Below are positions 45,337-54,934 of a DNA stretch of 64,000 nucleotides, one piece after another. The position numbers and the translations under genes were made by a program. Every line of letters starts with the position of its first letter. The stretch's first letter is position 1. Under the pieces are notes generated by a model that searched no databases, was not told the DNA's origin, and worked only from the letters and a program-made list of their open reading frames with translations. The stretch is from sequence record MK327931.1; one strand, 5' to 3'.

Positions 45337-45696
45337 TTATTCTAATTCACTCATAGTACTAATAGTTAATCCCATTTCTTCTGCAATGTTGCATAACATA
45401 CCAACTGCATTACGAAGAATATCAGTGTTGTCCACCGATAATGATGAGTTTTCATTTACAGTTGAAGACTCAATGTAGTACTCAAAATAACGAGAAGTTG
45501 AACGCACAACTTTAACACCTTCATAGTTCTGTAGTTCAGAGTTGATACGCTCGATGAGCGAATCTTCCAGTACTCGATAGTCACCATTCATTCCACGTTT
45601 CCATCCATCAGCAGGACGGAAATAAAAAGTTTTTGTACGTTGAATTGTTGAGATTGTTAGTGGGTTGTATTCTGCGATTTCACTTAAAGATGCCAT
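45337..45696 (-). CDS. hypothetical protein (119 aa)
   Basis: GAGGA SD; own promoter. Confidence 0.8.
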   Translation of the reverse strand: MASLSEIAEYNPLTISTIQRTKTFYFRPADGWKRGMNGDYRVLEDSLIERINSELQNYEGVKVVRSTSRYFEYYIESSTVNENSSLSVDNTDILRNAVGMLCNIAEEMGLTISTMSELE

Positions 45697-45802
45697 GTTG
45701 TATTCCTCATTTGGTGATGTACATAATACAGAAAGATAGAACAGGTGTCAATGTTTATATATCAAATATCCAAATACTTTGGTGTATCACATACTACATC
45801 AA

Positions 45803-45997
45803 CTAATCCTCGCTGAAGACAACAAGAAGGAATGACACGAACAATGCCGCATAACAAGGAGCTATCTTCATGTACCACGGGACTTCATAATACCATGTAC
45901 CTAATTCATCCCACGAAAAGAGTATACTCAAACCGAAGCCGATTAGCGATAGTACAATAAAAGAAATCCAGAAACGCGTTGAATATACTAATAACAT
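45803..45997 (-). CDS. small 2-TM membrane protein (64 aa)
   Basis: two hydrophobic segments; AAGGA SD. Confidence 0.75.
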   Translation of the reverse strand: MLLVYSTRFWISFIVLSLIGFGLSILFSWDELGTWYYEVPWYMKIAPCYAALFVSFLLVVFSED

Positions 45998-46035
45998 GTT
46001 ATGTTCCTTTGTGTAACCGAAGTCAACCCTTTCCT

Positions 46036-46551
46036 TTAATAATTATTCATTTCATCTTTGATTTGTTCTTCAATTTCGTCGAACATATCAGTACTAGATT
46101 CGTTCTTACTACTTACGTTCTGCATATCTTTAACGTACTGTGGACATTCAACATCAGTAAACTTATACCACGTAGGCTTCATCTGGAGCTTCTCAATCAA
46201 ACGATCACGAGACATTTTAATCTCTGACTCCGTTGGTACGTAGTCATTACAAAACTCAGTAGGGAAGCCGCTAATGTCGTTTACTTCAGTGTTTTGAATC
46301 TTCATACCACGACGCAGACATTCGTTGACAATATCAATATGACGCTTCTGTAAGTACAATAACTTGTCGTAAAAGAATGTCACATGACCTGAACCTAACA
46401 GATAAGTACTATTAATTTTGAAATCACGTACACGCTTACGTGCTTGAACGTGTTTTTGTACAGCACCAAATACACGTGGGAGTTCACGATATTCAGCCAT
46501 CAGATGTTGGTCAGCAAGTTCTTTAACGTGTACTAAGTTAATGCGTGTCAT
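46036..46551 (-). CDS. denV: pyrimidine-dimer DNA glycosylase / endonuclease V with acidic C-terminal extension
   Basis: [41 protein letters not shown] as in T4 DenV. Confidence 0.95.
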   Translation of the reverse strand: MTRINLVHVKELADQHLMAEYRELPRVFGAVQKHVQARKRVRDFKINSTYLLGSGHVTFFYDKLLYLQKRHIDIVNECLRRGMKIQNTEVNDISGFPTEFCNDYVPTESEIKMSRDRLIEKLQMKPTWYKFTDVECPQYVKDMQNVSSKNESSTDMFDEIEEQIKDEMNNY

Positions 46552-46618
46552 GTATTCATCCTCTCGTCTTGATGAAATAATTATAGCAAAAAGGGCTGAC
46601 CGAAGTCAACCCTTTTCT

Positions 46619-46888
46619 TTATTCAATGATCCCCAACTTCACAATCTCATACCCGTCCAGATAGCCGTAGGAACACTCAGGTGTTTCATAAGATGAACCA
46701 TCATGGATGCCCTGGCATTGACTTTTGGAATTCTCAAGCAATCGTTGCAGTACTGATACGTCATCAAGAACGTAATACAAGTTAGCATATAGGTCAGTTA
46801 CAATACAGTACTCCAACATATCAAATGTATCAATCGAAATTTCAACCTTAGCAAATCGTTTCTTTTCTTTATTATACAGTGCGTACAT
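46619..46888 (-). CDS. hypothetical protein (89 aa), paralogue of 48760-49014
   Basis: MYALYNK...YEIVKL vs MFALRNK...YEILQL. Confidence 0.75.
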   Translation of the reverse strand: MYALYNKEKKRFAKVEISIDTFDMLEYCIVTDLYANLYYVLDDVSVLQRLLENSKSQCQGIHDGSSYETPECSYGYLDGYEIVKLGIIE

Positions 46889-46889
46889 A

Positions 46890-47261
46890 TTAATCTCCAT
46901 AATCAAGTTTAACTAACTTACCACCCAGATACCCAAAGTTTTCTGGCTTCGCATCTGAATAGAAGAAGTCAGTACTTAACTCTGAATTCAATGCTAAAGC
47001 ACACAACTCCACCCAAAATAAACCCCTATGTTGAACTGGCTTACAACGTTTCTGTACAGTTACTAGTCCAGTACATGATGACCACAACGTAGGACAGATA
47101 CTACTATCACTACGATTGGAGTACTGCATCCACGAACGTTCATTGAGGTTAGCTATCATCCCTGTTAAGAATAGCTTCCAACTTTTAAAGGTTGGAATCT
47201 TGATAGCATATTCCCCAATGAGGATAACAGTTCGTGTTGCACCTTTCAAATCTATATTCAT
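46890..47261 (-). CDS. minimal protein-kinase-like protein (123 aa)
   Basis: GATRTV, YAIKIP, NE, DAKPENFG, LDYG. Confidence 0.65.
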   Translation of the reverse strand: MNIDLKGATRTVILIGEYAIKIPTFKSWKLFLTGMIANLNERSWMQYSNRSDSSICPTLWSSCTGLVTVQKRCKPVQHRGLFWVELCALALNSELSTDFFYSDAKPENFGYLGGKLVKLDYGD

Positions 47262-47269
47262 ATTTTTAA

Positions 47270-47521
47270 TTAGAAGAACACAAACCAAGTCCAGAACAAA
47301 TTCCACATTACAAATAAAGACATAGTGGTTTTATGTACAATATCAGCAGTACTGGTCCATCCTCCACCGTGTCCTATTCCATTTATGAATAGAACTAAGA
47401 ACAAGATACCATTTACTACAATAGTACATACTAAGTACACAAATACATTCCATGCAAGTCCAGGGGATACTAAAGTAAATGGTAAAACTATTAGTAGTAT
47501 TAGAACTAATAATATTTTCAT
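47270..47521 (-). CDS. small membrane protein (83 aa)
   Basis: hydrophobic segments; GAGG SD. Confidence 0.75.
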   Translation of the reverse strand: MKILLVLILLIVLPFTLVSPGLAWNVFVYLVCTIVVNGILFLVLFINGIGHGGGWTSTADIVHKTTMSLFVMWNLFWTWFVFF

Positions 47522-47560
47522 TTATCGCCTCACTTAATTAACGTGACATATCACGTAATA

Positions 47561-47737
47561 TTAGTACGAATCAGATTCCCAGTACTCGATTGCTTCTTTC
47601 AGCAATTCTTTAGCACGTTGTTTTGCAATGCGAGCGGGGAACTGATATGTGTACATTAACTGACGCTTCACTTCATTCAGTGAAAGCTGTTCATGGTACA
47701 GTGCATCCATCAGTCGATTACGAGTACGTAGTTTCAT
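47561..47737 (-). CDS. small hypothetical protein (58 aa, MKLRTRN)
   Basis: read by hand; AAGGA SD. Confidence 0.7.
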   Translation of the reverse strand: MKLRTRNRLMDALYHEQLSLNEVKRQLMYTYQFPARIAKQRAKELLKEAIEYWESDSY

Positions 47738-47748
47738 ATAAGTTATCC

Positions 47749-48303
47749 TTATTTCAAAGAATCATAGTAAGCAGTGTCAAAGATTGGAGTCATAATAACA
47801 TAGTCAATACGGTCAATGTAAGTTGAACTCCACATTTCTGGTTTGTCATATAACTGACGCTCGCGTTCATTCATACGAGTCAGTACTTCTTCCAATTTAC
47901 TACGTGAATCCATCAATGTATTACTCGAACCATAAGTGAAGTACTCAGTCCAATGATATTCATATTCAGTACTGATAGATTGAATAGTACCATCTTTGAA
48001 ATGAGCTAAGGCATAACCTTTCTCTACAAAGTTATCAGGTGGAAGAACACCATCTGGATTAGTTTTCAATGCTTGTGCTAACTTTTCTTTAATTTCATTT
48101 AACGTGCATACTGAACGAATGTTCTTCAGGTTTGATACTTGAAAATCACTGTACTTTCCAAAGAAAAAGACACGCCAATCTTTAGGTTCATTATCAGATA
48201 CGGTAGCATCAGGGTGATGGGCGAGTAAACGAAGAAGGCCAGCTTTGTGACCGTTAATGTAGATTTCATGGATGTGGTTAGCAGTTTTCTTAAAAGTAAT
48301 CAT
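47749..48303 (-). CDS. hypothetical protein (184 aa)
   Basis: GAGGA SD; promoter and hairpin cassette at 48322-48380. Confidence 0.8.
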   Translation of the reverse strand: MITFKKTANHIHEIYINGHKAGLLRLLAHHPDATVSDNEPKDWRVFFFGKYSDFQVSNLKNIRSVCTLNEIKEKLAQALKTNPDGVLPPDNFVEKGYALAHFKDGTIQSISTEYEYHWTEYFTYGSSNTLMDSRSKLEEVLTRMNERERQLYDKPEMWSSTYIDRIDYVIMTPIFDTAYYDSLK

Positions 48304-48379
48304 GGTAGTTCCTCGATTGTAGGGATGAGAAGTTCATCCCCTTGATAAGCATTATACAGTACTGAATGTGTTTGTCAAC

Positions 48380-48760
48380 TCAAAATAAATTCATTTCATG
48401 TGCGTATTGTGGTTCAAGATAAGATAAGTTTTTGAAACTGTCTTTCAATTCTGCATCATCTACGTACACAGTACCAGGTACATTCCCCATAGTGAAGCCA
48501 ACCCAAACAGTCATGTTTCCAGTTCCTAAGCGGGGCATTGATAGCGTCCCGTCAGGTGAAACATCAAACGCTACACTAAAGTCATCCGTTACAACTTCCG
48601 AACCATTTTCCAGAATAATACAACCACGTTCTTTAAGCTTCTGAATGTGGATAGAAGCCTCTACTGCACGTTTAAAGTTATAGTAAGACTCTTTATCCTC
48701 AAACATAGATTGTTTAACCAGACGCTTGTTTAGCTCGGTTACTTTGTACATTTGTCGCAT
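48380..48760 (-). CDS. hypothetical protein (126 aa)
   Basis: start at TAATG overlap. Confidence 0.75.
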   Translation of the reverse strand: MRQMYKVTELNKRLVKQSMFEDKESYYNFKRAVEASIHIQKLKERGCIILENGSEVVTDDFSVAFDVSPDGTLSMPRLGTGNMTVWVGFTMGNVPGTVYVDDAELKDSFKNLSYLEPQYAHEMNLF

Positions 48761-49014
48761 TACTTCAACTCCCACAGTTGTAGAATTTCATAAGAGCCTG
48801 GTGGTGCTGGATTGATAATCTCAGGGTATTCAGTACTGTTAGGATTACCACCAGCATTGAACTCAGCAAGTAATAATTCGAGTTCATTCCTATCATGTAC
48901 AACAAACACGCAATATCCAGTTCCTTCTTCAAGAACTGTAGTTGACCCCGCACAATCCCATACGGTATCAATACATAATAATTCTTTAGTGTTTTTATTA
49001 CGCAACGCAAACAT
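48760..49014 (-). CDS. hypothetical protein (84 aa), paralogue of 46619-46888
   Basis: AGGAG SD. Confidence 0.8.
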   Translation of the reverse strand: MFALRNKNTKELLCIDTVWDCAGSTTVLEEGTGYCVFVVHDRNELELLLAEFNAGGNPNSTEYPEIINPAPPGSYEILQLWELK

Positions 49015-49023
49015 ATTTGTCTC

Positions 49024-49368
49024 CTATCGATTCGGCATATTCTTTCGTAGTCGCAAGAGAAATTCAACCACTGACCATGTTGTAATGAAGGCAATATAAG
49101 TTGCAAGGAATCCAGTAAGAATAAATGCAACCAGCGTACTACCATTTGGGGAATCAGTTTTAATGCCGATGACACCATCGGCTACAGTGAAACATGTAGC
49201 CATTAATGTGTAACCTACGTACAACACAAAGAAAAACTCATTCTCCATTGAAGGATAGAAACGGTTAAACACTTTATAAAATTTAAAGTACAGTAGGATT
49301 ATACCAACAAAGGCATAGAATGTAAACAGTGTTGTTATAATATATGAGATTAGGTTCAAATTATACAT
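49024..49368 (-). CDS. small 3-TM membrane paralogue
   Basis: YFKFYKVFNRFYP; ends LRKNMPNR. Confidence 0.8.
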   Translation of the reverse strand: MYNLNLISYIITTLFTFYAFVGIILLYFKFYKVFNRFYPSMENEFFFVLYVGYTLMATCFTVADGVIGIKTDSPNGSTLVAFILTGFLATYIAFITTWSVVEFLLRLRKNMPNR

Positions 49369-49369
49369 A

Positions 49370-49717
49370 TCAACGCTCCGGTAGATTATCACGTAATGTT
49401 TTAATTCGATGATACATTTTCATACCAATATTACCAAAGATACCATATCCAAGTACTAAAATGTATGCGATAAGCATAGTAATAATTACTATAGTACCAA
49501 AACTATAATGTACACTACTGATACCCATTGTAGTTTCAACGATTATTTGAGAAACTGAAAGAATCAAAAGTACAACTACAATTGGATGATTTGGGTACAT
49601 TCGGTTGAACAACGTTTTGTACTTAAAGAAGCACAGTACTCCACCAAATAAGAAGTAAACAATGTAAATGCAAGCAACAGCATAGGCAAACATGTTAGTG
49701 TAATAAATCATTACCAA
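49370..49717 (-). CDS. small 3-TM membrane paralogue
   Basis: FFKYKTLFNRMYP; ends LRDNLPER. Confidence 0.8.
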   Translation of the reverse strand: MVMIYYTNMFAYAVACIYIVYFLFGGVLCFFKYKTLFNRMYPNHPIVVVLLILSVSQIIVETTMGISSVHYSFGTIVIITMLIAYILVLGYGIFGNIGMKMYHRIKTLRDNLPER

Positions 49718-49720
49718 TCC

Positions 49721-50059
49721 TTACTTTTCAGGGATATTAGAACGCCATATATCAATGCGATGAACTAGTCCAAAGAACAACCATACTGGAACGGCAGCTA
49801 TCATAACAACAAATGAAAACCCAGTCAAGACCGATACCAGATTTAATTCATCAGTACTATACCCACATATCAGTACTTCTAATATTCCCCACGTACATGC
49901 ACAAAACATCAAGAATGAAATTGGGGCATCATAGTAGATACGTTCATATAAAGTAGTGTATCGGAAGAATGCAATAATGTAGCAAAACATATAATACACC
50001 CAAACCAAAGATACTACATAAAATGATACTTTGTTTATTAATTCAAAATATTGTTCCAT
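49721..50059 (-). CDS. small 3-TM membrane paralogue
   Basis: FFRYTTLYERIY; ends WRSNIPEK. Confidence 0.8.
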   Translation of the reverse strand: MEQYFELINKVSFYVVSLVWVYYMFCYIIAFFRYTTLYERIYYDAPISFLMFCACTWGILEVLICGYSTDELNLVSVLTGFSFVVMIAAVPVWLFFGLVHRIDIWRSNIPEK

Positions 50060-50061
50060 TT

Positions 50062-50343
50062 TTACCCCAATATATATTCAGAGAGTAATGTATTAGCTTC
50101 ATCTTTGTTCTTAAGGTAATACATGTAATATAGATTCGGTTCACCATCTTTAGCACTCAAATCGAAGTACTTTAAACTATGTACTTTCATAGTAAAAACA
50201 AATAATGACTTAAAACCAATCTCACCGTACTTAATAAACAGTTCATCCAAATGAATGTAACTTTTTGATTTGGATAATTCTTTAACGTCTGCATCAATTT
50301 CAGATAAAAGATGCTTACCTATTAAGTTTTCAAATGAACGCAT
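50062..50343 (-). CDS. hypothetical protein (93 aa)
   Basis: AAGGA SD. Confidence 0.75.
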   Translation of the reverse strand: MRSFENLIGKHLLSEIDADVKELSKSKSYIHLDELFIKYGEIGFKSLFVFTMKVHSLKYFDLSAKDGEPNLYYMYYLKNKDEANTLLSEYILG

Positions 50344-50404
50344 GATTTTATCCTTTACCGCAATTTTTATGGTTTATTAAGAATACATCAGAACATCAGT
50401 TCTG

Positions 50405-51046
50405 TCAATAAAAAACTGGATCTTCTTCAGTAATTGGTATTTCTCTACGCACATCACACGAAAGAGGATCAGTAATGAATACATTCCCATCTTTATCCAT
50501 CATCACATTACTTGAATGAATGTCTGGTACAAAACGCCCGTGAAACTCTTTCATGATGTTAGCAGCGACCGTTGCAATAGCAATCTCTTCAGAATTTCCA
50601 CGCATATCATTCACTGAAGTTGCGTACTGACCAGCATGTGCATACGAATACAAATCTCCAATTTTAGTACTAACAAAGTCATCATAATTATTTTTTTGTT
50701 TAATTATAGGATAGTACTTGTCCATCTCATACCATCCAAAGTTTCCTTGTTCGTTTGCACTGTAGATCACAGGAAGAAACTTGGTTCCTGCGTTTTCAAT
50801 GCAGTACTTTGCATAAGCACGAAAACCATCCCAGCGTGAAGTGGTTACTTTAAATGCACTTCCAGGATAGTTTTTATGTTCAACTACTACAGAGTACATC
50901 CCCATTCCAAGCAAAGTAAGTCCAGCAGCTTTAACTTGTGGAAAGATTACGCGTTCAGCATAAGGAATATCAAACTCCATCGCACAACGAGTTTTTGATG
51001 GACGCAAAATGTCAATTAAAGTTTTGAATATTTCTTGCTTAGTCAT
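50405..51046 (-). CDS. T7 gp0.7-like Ser/Thr protein kinase
   Basis: LGMGMYSVV.EH...PGSAFKV....DG..AY..YC...LP.IY, DIHSSNVM, FITDPLS parallel T7 kinase LGNGHFSAAYSH..LPNRVIKV, DMHSGNIM, YITDPVS. Confidence 0.85.
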   Translation of the reverse strand: MTKQEIFKTLIDILRPSKTRCAMEFDIPYAERVIFPQVKAAGLTLLGMGMYSVVVEHKNYPGSAFKVTTSRWDGFRAYAKYCIENAGTKFLPVIYSANEQGNFGWYEMDKYYPIIKQKNNYDDFVSTKIGDLYSYAHAGQYATSVNDMRGNSEEIAIATVAANIMKEFHGRFVPDIHSSNVMMDKDGNVFITDPLSCDVRREIPITEEDPVFY

Positions 51047-51115
51047 TACTTTATCCTCTGTAGTTAATACCAACATCATAACAAAAAAGGCTGACCGAAG
51101 TCAACCCTTTTATTA

Positions 51116-51535
51116 TCATTTACAGTTTTCTATAACTATTGCACGTTTTAGTATTTTACTTTCATAAACATACTTAAGATGACCTTCTTCACGAATACGA
51201 TTGAACACATATCCTAGTTTATCTTTTAGTACTGAAGCGGTATCAATGTCAAGATTAACTTCAACCCCTCCTGTTAATTTAACTTTATATGTAAAGCTAA
51301 AAGCATCACCAGATTCAACCAATGGGACTACTTGTTCATACGTATTCAACATAACTCGTTCATCATTAACTAAATTATATATTACTATATCACAAGTTTT
51401 TACCCCAATTTCCTCTAAGGTAGGAGCATTGTCTACTATAACATCTTTTACTGTATTAGCAACCTGTTTAGCATCTGCTGCATATACATTAAAACTAAAA
51501 AGTACTAAAATAATACTTAAAAAAATCTTTTTCAT
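51116..51535 (-). CDS. putative exported protein (139 aa)
   Basis: signal peptide MKKIFLSIILVLFSFNVYA. Confidence 0.8.
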   Translation of the reverse strand: MKKIFLSIILVLFSFNVYAADAKQVANTVKDVIVDNAPTLEEIGVKTCDIVIYNLVNDERVMLNTYEQVVPLVESGDAFSFTYKVKLTGGVEVNLDIDTASVLKDKLGYVFNRIREEGHLKYVYESKILKRAIVIENCK

Positions 51536-51544
51536 TATATATCC

Positions 51545-51874
51545 TTATTTTATTTTACACGTCATATCGGGTTGTGCTGGTTTATTATTTTTAAACGGAT
51601 TAGGTTTTTTATCTTTCTTTTTATCTTTTAAAGGTTTTTTGTCTTCTTTTTTATCTTTATCTTTGTCTTTTTTATTTTTATCAGGTTCAGAGGGAGTATT
51701 ACATTGTGCTGGGGGTTGATTAGTTGGAGTACAGCTATTGTCTGATGGGAGTATTACTTCTTTACAATTGTAAAATAGTAAACTTTTATTTGTGGTTAAA
51801 TTATGAAAACGATAGTTACGTTCATTATTATAATAAATTGTTTTAGTACTTTCAATGTCATTACACATTGCCAC
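51545..51874 (-). CDS. Lys/Asp-rich low-complexity protein, possibly the 3' half of a frameshifted gene
   Basis: KDKDKDKKEDKK tract; GTG start, weak SD. Confidence 0.55.
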   Translation of the reverse strand: MAMCNDIESTKTIYYNNERNYRFHNLTTNKSLLFYNCKEVILPSDNSCTPTNQPPAQCNTPSEPDKNKKDKDKDKKEDKKPLKDKKKDKKPNPFKNNKPAQPDMTCKIK

Positions 51875-51878
51875 GGAA

Positions 51879-52130
51879 TCACCGAAACTCTTTTTCTATT
51901 CCCATTACATCAGTCTTACGCTCAGATAGTATACCTGAAGTATATGAATCTTTGTTGTCAAACGCATTAAATCCAATAGTTCTGTCGGTGTCGTGTATTA
52001 TTCCTTTTGTGTATGAGGTAGTATAGAACTCCCCATTTCTGAAATCCTGCCTTGCTACGGAGCAATGATAATCTGCACCATAAGCAGTACTGGAAAATAA
52101 TACAATTCCAAATATAATATATTTTTTCAT
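51879..52130 (-). CDS. putative exported protein (83 aa)
   Basis: start moved to MKKYIIFGIVLFSSTAYG after GAGGG. Confidence 0.75.
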   Translation of the reverse strand: MKKYIIFGIVLFSSTAYGADYHCSVARQDFRNGEFYTTSYTKGIIHDTDRTIGFNAFDNKDSYTSGILSERKTDVMGIEKEFR

Positions 52131-52201
52131 TGTAATCCCTCTTCTTAATTCCTCTTTTGTATTTACAAAAAAAGGCTGACCGAAGTCAACCTTTAGTTTT
52201 A

Positions 52202-53746
52202 TCATTTACCGTATTTGCTCATGATGTCCTTTTCCCAATGAGTTACGTTACCGTTATCGTAATCTTTAAAGGAATTATCAAGAGTAGTTAATGCATATTC
52301 GTATGCTTCAGGTGATTCAATGTCAACATCATCAGCACCATTTACTAAATCAGTCCATGCTTTTTGTAGTTTACGAGCATTTTTACCAACATTACTTTTA
52401 ATCCAACTAATGTTTTTGTTGATACTCTTATTATCAGCACCAGCTTTTTTACCAATATCGGATATCCACATCATTAGCTTTTGGAGTTCATGAATGGAGT
52501 TGTCGTTCATTTCACGATCTTTAGCCAATTCTGCTTCCATGCCATCAGTATCAGTACCATCTTTAGAACCTACATCAATTCCATGTTTAGCTAATAGTTT
52601 ACCAAGTTCAAAGAATGCTGCCTCAGCAGGGAAGTCATAACCTTTGTCTTTGTAGTTGTTCCATGCACTATCAAACTCATCTACAAATCGGTTGGCATAA
52701 TCTGGATTGTCCACGAGAGCTTTGTACACTGCCATTGCATGTTCAAATCCTTCTTTGTCAGAACCAAACTCTCCCATTTCTGGACGATGAATGTAACCAT
52801 CCATATCAACAGTATCAGGTAAATCATCATGAGATGTTTCAGCATCTTTCTGGTCAACTGCACCTTCTTCATCTGCACGAACTAAGTAACCATCTTTTGA
52901 TACTTTCTCACCATGTTCAGCTTCATACTTTTTCATAGTATTGAATGCAGAATTCATAACAGTGATGAATCGAGACTTCTCACCTGGTGAGTAAGAATCT
53001 AATGCTGCTTTAATAGCATCATGTACTAATTGAATCTTATCATCTTTGCCTTCAAGACGATTTTCTAACTTAGCAAGAACATTCTTAACTTGCTGGGCGT
53101 TAGCACGGTCTTCTTTACCTATACGGTTAACAGTATGGAGGATGCTTTCAAGACTTGCTTCTTCAGCAGTCGCTTCTTCTTGTCCTTCAAGTGCACGCAT
53201 GATAGTACTGAATACTTCAGTTGGTTCAGTACTGGTATTTCCACTCATTGCATCAAGTACAGCTTGTGCTTTGACTTTTAATTCTTCTTTAGGTACAGAT
53301 TGCAATTCTTTCACAATACCTTGGATAAGTTGTGGTTTATTAGCAAAAATCTTACCTAACTTATCAGACAATTCTTTGACAGGGTTAACCGCCTTTGGTG
53401 CTTCTTGTTTTGGTTCTTCTTTCGCAGGAGAAGACTTTTCTTTTTCTTCACGTTCCATATCAGCTAGGCGTTGTTTTTGTGTAGCATTAAGAAGTCCCAA
53501 TGAATTAACATAACGTAGCTTTTCTAGCTCAGTCATGTTCTCAGTACTCTTAACTTCACCTGCTTCTGCGTTTGCTTTACCAGCTAGACCAGTTCCTTGG
53601 TTACGTGATCCACGTGAACCTTGACCTGCTTGATAACTATTTGGTCGGCGGTTGCGTTCACTCCATTTATCCGAGTGACCAGCCATGTTACCACCATTTT
53701 TATCAGTAAAATTACTTGGCATTTGATTTCTCTCCATAGATTTCAT
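52202..53746 (-). CDS. acidic helical protein (514 aa), likely late/virion-associated
   Basis: TATAAATA late box upstream; shares YxxSLGLL and SLES..H..NR blocks with 53992-54375. Confidence 0.8.
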   Translation of the reverse strand: MKSMERNQMPSNFTDKNGGNMAGHSDKWSERNRRPNSYQAGQGSRGSRNQGTGLAGKANAEAGEVKSTENMTELEKLRYVNSLGLLNATQKQRLADMEREEKEKSSPAKEEPKQEAPKAVNPVKELSDKLGKIFANKPQLIQGIVKELQSVPKEELKVKAQAVLDAMSGNTSTEPTEVFSTIMRALEGQEEATAEEASLESILHTVNRIGKEDRANAQQVKNVLAKLENRLEGKDDKIQLVHDAIKAALDSYSPGEKSRFITVMNSAFNTMKKYEAEHGEKVSKDGYLVRADEEGAVDQKDAETSHDDLPDTVDMDGYIHRPEMGEFGSDKEGFEHAMAVYKALVDNPDYANRFVDEFDSAWNNYKDKGYDFPAEAAFFELGKLLAKHGIDVGSKDGTDTDGMEAELAKDREMNDNSIHELQKLMMWISDIGKKAGADNKSINKNISWIKSNVGKNARKLQKAWTDLVNGADDVDIESPEAYEYALTTLDNSFKDYDNGNVTHWEKDIMSKYGK

Positions 53747-53762
53747 TTTTTCTCTATGTCTA

Positions 53763-53770
53763 TATTTATA
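53763..53770 (-). promoter_or_regulatory. T4-type late promoter TATAAATA
   Basis: reverse complement of tatttata; overlaps a TTGACT-TATACT sigma70 promoter. Confidence 0.7.
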
Positions 53771-53808
53771 GTATAAAGAAAAGGCTGACCGAAGTCAACC
53801 TTATTTTG

Positions 53809-53922
53809 TTACTTAGATTGTTCTTGTGCAGGTGGATTTACTTTTTGATCCACTACATAGAATACACCACCAACCAGTACTGCGGCGATGAGTGCAGCAA
53901 CTACAAATTTCAAACCTTGCAT
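53809..53922 (-). CDS. small single-TM protein (37 aa)
   Basis: read by hand; GAGG SD. Confidence 0.7.
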   Translation of the reverse strand: MQGLKFVVAALIAAVLVGGVFYVVDQKVNPPAQEQSK

Positions 53923-53991
53923 ATATGATACCTCAGTTATATTGAGAAGTTATGATACAACAAAGGGCTGACCTTAGTCAACCCCTTTTTA

Positions 53992-54375
53992 TTACTTCTT
54001 GAACTTATGTTTTTCACTTTCGATTGCATTCACGATTTCATCATGAATTTTACGAAGATTGTGAGTTTTCTTGAGAGAATCATGCAATGCACGGAATGCA
54101 GAGTGTACAGTTGCTTTAAAGTGCTCTTTAGGAGTTACTTTAAGTTTCTCGATAATATCACGTACATAGATTGGGTGATCTTCAAACACACGGTTTAGCT
54201 CGTGGCCTAGAGACTCTAGACTAAACGCTTTTTCACGTGAAGGACGATCATGTGCAAGACTTTGGTCAGGTTTTAGAAGACCTAGTGAATCTAGATATTT
54301 GTGCTTATGTGCATTGTCTAGACCAGAAATATCAACATCATGGGATGGATCTTTCTTATTCCATTTATCAACCAT
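53992..54375 (-). CDS. His-rich short paralogue of 52202-53746 (127 aa)
   Basis: DKW, KYLDSLGLL, SLESLGHELNR; late box at 54412-54419. Confidence 0.8.
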   Translation of the reverse strand: MVDKWNKKDPSHDVDISGLDNAHKHKYLDSLGLLKPDQSLAHDRPSREKAFSLESLGHELNRVFEDHPIYVRDIIEKLKVTPKEHFKATVHSAFRALHDSLKKTHNLRKIHDEIVNAIESEKHKFKK

Positions 54376-54411
54376 TTTTATAACTCCTATAAGAGATAAA
54401 TTTTACTATAA

Positions 54412-54419
54412 TATTTATA
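54412..54419 (-). promoter_or_regulatory. T4-type late promoter TATAAATA
   Basis: reverse complement of tatttata upstream of 54375. Confidence 0.7.
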
Positions 54420-54490
54420 GTTCCTGTGTCATTTATATGAACTGACATAGAAAATTATATCATATTAAAAATGGTTGTCCCAAAGTTAAA

Positions 54491-54934
54491 TCAGTACTGA
54501 TCAAGTTCAGATGTAAAAATGAATGCATCCATGTCTTCCAACGTAAGTTTTAAGTCTGGTACGTACTTAAGAATAACGCACTCTGGCTTCTTAATAGCAG
54601 CTTGATAAGCAGCAATGGCAAGGGATTCCAACTGCTGTGCTGTATAATTTTTACGTTCTGCATTAAAAACTTTGTTTTTGATATCACCACCTGGGAGTTT
54701 TTCAAACTCACGCATAACTGCGGTAAGAACATCGTCAGCAGTGTTACTATATACCCATTGGGGTAATTGCATTACATTATAAATCACACCACTATCATCC
54801 ATCAAAGAGATCCATTTATATCCATCACTCGCACTAAACAAACGCCCTTTTAGTACTGTGTTATTAGTTAAATTTACAAATGCAAAAATATCTTGTTCGT
54901 TAAGTTCAATACTATTAACATTTACCCAACTCAT
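54491..54934 (-). CDS. hypothetical protein (147 aa)
   Basis: start moved to MSWV after GGGGA. Confidence 0.75.
   Translation of the reverse strand: MSWVNVNSIELNEQDIFAFVNLTNNTVLKGRLFSASDGYKWISLMDDSGVIYNVMQLPQWVYSNTADDVLTAVMREFEKLPGGDIKNKVFNAERKNYTAQQLESLAIAAYQAAIKKPECVILKYVPDLKLTLEDMDAFIFTSELDQY

Noticed and set aside
51201-53513. Long plus-strand ORFs 51201-51719, 52615-52938 and 53046-53513
   Set aside because: Antisense to charged low-complexity genes that have proper SD and promoters.
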